A stretch of DNA of 17,462 nucleotides from a virus (lineage: Duplodnaviria > Heunggongvirae > Uroviricota > Caudoviricetes). This document shows, piece by piece, positions 15,653 to 17,462 of the stretch (within the stretch, counting starts at the first letter, position 1; each line of letters starts with the position of its first letter). Below the pieces are notes generated by a model, which saw only the letters and a program-made list of their open reading frames with translations, made no database searches and was not told where the DNA came from. The translations under genes and the position numbers were made by a program. The DNA lies in the IMG/VR virus record IMGVR_UViG_2711768066_000009, positions 1 to 17,462 of that record; one strand, given 5' to 3'.

Positions 15653-16149
15653 TGCCTCCATCATTACGAAAAGCAGTTGCTGCTGCTATTGGTGGCGGAG
15701 CAATTGCTATAGCATCAGTGTTAATCACTGGCCCAAGTGGTGACGATGGCCTGGAAGGTGTCAGCTACATACCATACAAAGATATCGTTGGCGTATGGAC
15801 TGTATGTCACGGACACACCGGAAAAGACATCATGCTCGGTAAAACGTATACCGAAGCAGAATGCAAAGCCCTCCTGAATAAAGACCTTGCCACGGTTGCC
15901 AGACAAATTAACCCGTACATCAAAGTCGATATACCGGAAACAACGCGCGGCGCTCTTTACTCGTTCGTCTACAACGTGGGTGCTGGCAATTTCAGAACAT
16001 CGACGCTTCTTCGCAAAATAAACCAGGGCGATATCAAAGGCGCATGTGACCAGCTACGTCGCTGGATATACGCTGGCGGTAAGCAATGGAAAGGCCTGAT
16101 GACTCGTCGTGAGATTGAGCGTGAAGTCTGTTTGTGGGGGCAACAATGA
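15652..16149 (+). CDS. R: SAR endolysin (phage 21 R21-type lysozyme)
   Basis: 165 aa; N-terminal Gly/Ala-rich signal-anchor-release segment ([20 protein letters not shown]) followed by a lysozyme domain; overlaps holin stop and Rz start. Confidence 0.9.
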   Translation: MPPSLRKAVAAAIGGGAIAIASVLITGPSGDDGLEGVSYIPYKDIVGVWTVCHGHTGKDIMLGKTYTEAECKALLNKDLATVARQINPYIKVDIPETTRGALYSFVYNVGAGNFRTSTLLRKINQGDIKGACDQLRRWIYAGGKQWKGLMTRREIEREVCLWGQQ

Positions 16150-16613
16150 GCAGAGTAACCGCGATTATCTCCGCTCTGGTTATCTGCATCATCGTCTGCC
16201 TGTCGTGGGCGGTCAATCATTACCGTGATAACGCCATCGCCTACAAAGAACAGCGAGATAAAAAAGTCAGTGAGCTGAAGCAGGCGACCGCCACCATTAC
16301 TGACATGCAGCAGCGCCAGCGTTCTGCTGATGCACTCGATGCTAAATACACGAAGGAGTTAGCTGATGCGAAAGCTGAAAATGATGCTCTTCGGCGCAAG
16401 CTTGATAATGGTGGGCGGGTGTTCGTCAAAGGAAAATGCCCTGTGCCATCCTCAGCCGAAACCTCCAGCGCCTCCGGCATGGGCAATGATGCCACCGTCG
16501 AACTCTCTCCAGTTGCTGGACGAAACGTTCTCGGTATCCGGGACGGAATTATCCGCGACCAAACAGCACTGAGAACGCTTCAGGAATACATCAGGACGCA
16601 ATGCCTTCGATGA
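16146..16613 (+). CDS. Rz: Rz i-spanin
   Basis: Start at ATG 16146 (ATGA overlap with endolysin); N-terminal TM segment plus coiled-coil-like region; closely resembles lambda Rz. Confidence 0.85.
   Translation: MSRVTAIISALVICIIVCLSWAVNHYRDNAIAYKEQRDKKVSELKQATATITDMQQRQRSADALDAKYTKELADAKAENDALRRKLDNGGRVFVKGKCPVPSSAETSSASGMGNDATVELSPVAGRNVLGIRDGIIRDQTALRTLQEYIRTQCLR
16366..16572 (+). CDS. Rz1: Rz1 o-spanin lipoprotein, embedded in Rz in the +1 frame
   Basis: Lipobox LIMVGGC followed by Pro-rich segment [11 protein letters not shown]; entirely within Rz, as in lambda. Confidence 0.8.
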   Translation: MRKLKMMLFGASLIMVGGCSSKENALCHPQPKPPAPPAWAMMPPSNSLQLLDETFSVSGTELSATKQH

Positions 16614-16753
16614 TAGCGATAATTTTACTCATCATCCTTCACATCTGGCTCTGTAGACAGGATGGTGATCACTTCTGGAGTGAATCCAGATTAAACATCT
16701 CATTGCTGATGCTTGATATTGAGCATCTTGCGCGCGGTAAGGGGCTGCGTTGA
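16610..16753 (+). CDS. possible small membrane protein (47 aa)
   Basis: Hand-translated: [47 protein letters not shown]; ATG overlaps the Rz stop (ATGA); hydrophobic N-terminus; below ORF-track cutoff. Confidence 0.3.
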   Translation: MIAIILLIILHIWLCRQDGDHFWSESRLNISLLMLDIEHLARGKGLR

Positions 16754-16787
16754 GATAAGAGCCAGTCATTACAAATACCAGGATTTA

Positions 16788-16847
16788 GCCTCGCATTCGC
16801 GGGGCTTTTTATTGCCATTACAAAAGCCACTCCCTACAGAGTGGCTT
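16788..16847 (+). terminator. tandem intrinsic terminator candidates after the lysis cassette
   Basis: GCCTCGC-ATTC-GCGGGGC followed by TTTTTATT (16788-16813); second hairpin GCCACTC-CCTACAG-GAGTGGC followed by TTTGATAAT (16826-16850). Confidence 0.55.
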
Positions 16848-17149
16848 TGATAATGGCTTATACCCTACACGGGATAGCTTAACTGATATCCCTTTTAACG
16901 GATAAAGGTATTCAAGCCTGACACATCATGCGCTGTATCGTCGCCGTATTCCCGTATTAACAGAGACCGTAGCCCGACGGGGAACTCCTTCTGCGCGAGT
17001 GTGCGGGAATAATCAAAAACGATGCACACCGGGTTTTTACCGCGTTTATGGTGCGCGGTTTTGTCCCTCATAGTCGCCCGTCCGGTGCGATGGTGGAAGA
17101 AGCCGGATATTAATGCAAGTGATAATTATTCTCATCTTTGCGGGTCCTT

Positions 17150-17357
17150 TCCGGCGATCCGGCCTGTTACGGGGCGGCGACCTCGCGGGTTTTCGCTATT
17201 TATGACAATTTTCCGGTTTAAGGCGTTTCCGTTCTTCTTCGCCGTAACCTAATGTTTTTATTTAAAACACCCCCTGAAAAGAAAGGAAACGACAGGTGCT
17301 GAAAACGGGCTTTTTGGCCTCTGTCGTTTCCTTTCTCTGTTTTTGTCCGTGGAATGA
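17150..17357. other. lambda-like cos region (cosQ/cosN/cosB); cosN cohesive-end sequence GGGCGGCGACCT at 17182-17193
   Basis: GTTACG-GGGCGGCGACCT-CGCGGGTTTTCGCTATTTATGA... matches my recollection of the lambda genome ends nearly base for base, with small indels before nu1. Confidence 0.75.
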
Positions 17358-17360
17358 ACA

Positions 17361-17462
17361 ATGGAAGTCAACAAAAAGCAGCTGGCTGACATTTTCGGTG
17401 CGAGTATCCGTACCATTCAGAACTGGCAGGAACAGGGAATGCCCGTTCTGCGAGGCGGTGGC
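17361..17462 (+). CDS. nu1: terminase small subunit Nu1 (N-terminal 34 codons; continues past window end)
   Basis: Translates to MEVNKKQLADIFGASIRTIQNWQEQGMPVLRGGG, matching the lambda Nu1 N-terminus as I recall it. Confidence 0.85.
   Translation, partial: MEVNKKQLADIFGASIRTIQNWQEQGMPVLRGGG

Noticed and set aside
17022-17252. ORF 17022..17252 (76 aa) spanning cos
   Set aside because: It crosses the cosN/cosB site, which is known non-coding DNA in lambda-type phages; no RBS.
1-17462. CRISPR arrays, tRNA/rRNA genes, IS elements or integrase/att sites
   Set aside because: No regularly spaced direct repeats with unique spacers, no cloverleaf-compatible tRNA-like segment, no transposase-like ORF or terminal inverted repeats were seen on reading; the integrase and attachment site presumably lie outside the window.

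Overview
This window reads as a mosaic lambdoid enterobacterial prophage, covering most of the early and late regulatory regions up to cos. All calls are from reading the sequence and ORF track against remembered protein families; no searches were run. Layout, left to right: (1) 1-1250, a plus-strand AT-rich accessory module: a DUF4065/Panacea-like protein overlapping a 139-aa unknown, then a 57-aa ORF and a bidirectional terminator. (2) 1250-5218, a leftward early operon: PrtN/Xis-like protein, DEDDh 3'-5' exonuclease, and CPS-53/KplE1-like yfdS/yfdR/yfdQ/yfdP-type genes. (3) 5219-5880, an ORF-poor, highly structured leader downstream of a strong PL-like promoter, with no N-like gene. (4) 5884-7444, immunity region: cI-like repressor (leftward), operators and divergent promoters, Cro/YdaS-like and CII/YdaT-like genes. 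(5) 7441-12993, a long translationally coupled rightward operon: two unknown proteins (278 and 78 aa), an HTH replication initiator with internal iteron-like repeats, Dam-like N6-adenine methyltransferase, a LexA DNA-binding-domain-only protein, RusA, KilA-N protein, DUF968 protein and a Q-like antiterminator. (6) 12994-13842, a strongly AT-rich moron after Q: a 15-bp hairpin burying the ribosome-binding site, a 205-aa unknown protein, and its own terminator. (7) 13939-15369, a small wHTH-like ORF and a second, beta-class DNA methyltransferase. (8) 15437-16830, a phage-21-type lysis cassette (dual-start pinholin, SAR endolysin, Rz with embedded Rz1), a possible small membrane ORF and tandem terminators. 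(9) 17150-17462, lambda-like cos and the start of terminase small subunit nu1. The best candidates for an undescribed system are the Panacea-like two-gene module (1-989), the AT-rich post-Q moron (12994-13842), and the coupled unknown pair 7441-8506; I cannot tell from sequence alone which, if any, is novel.
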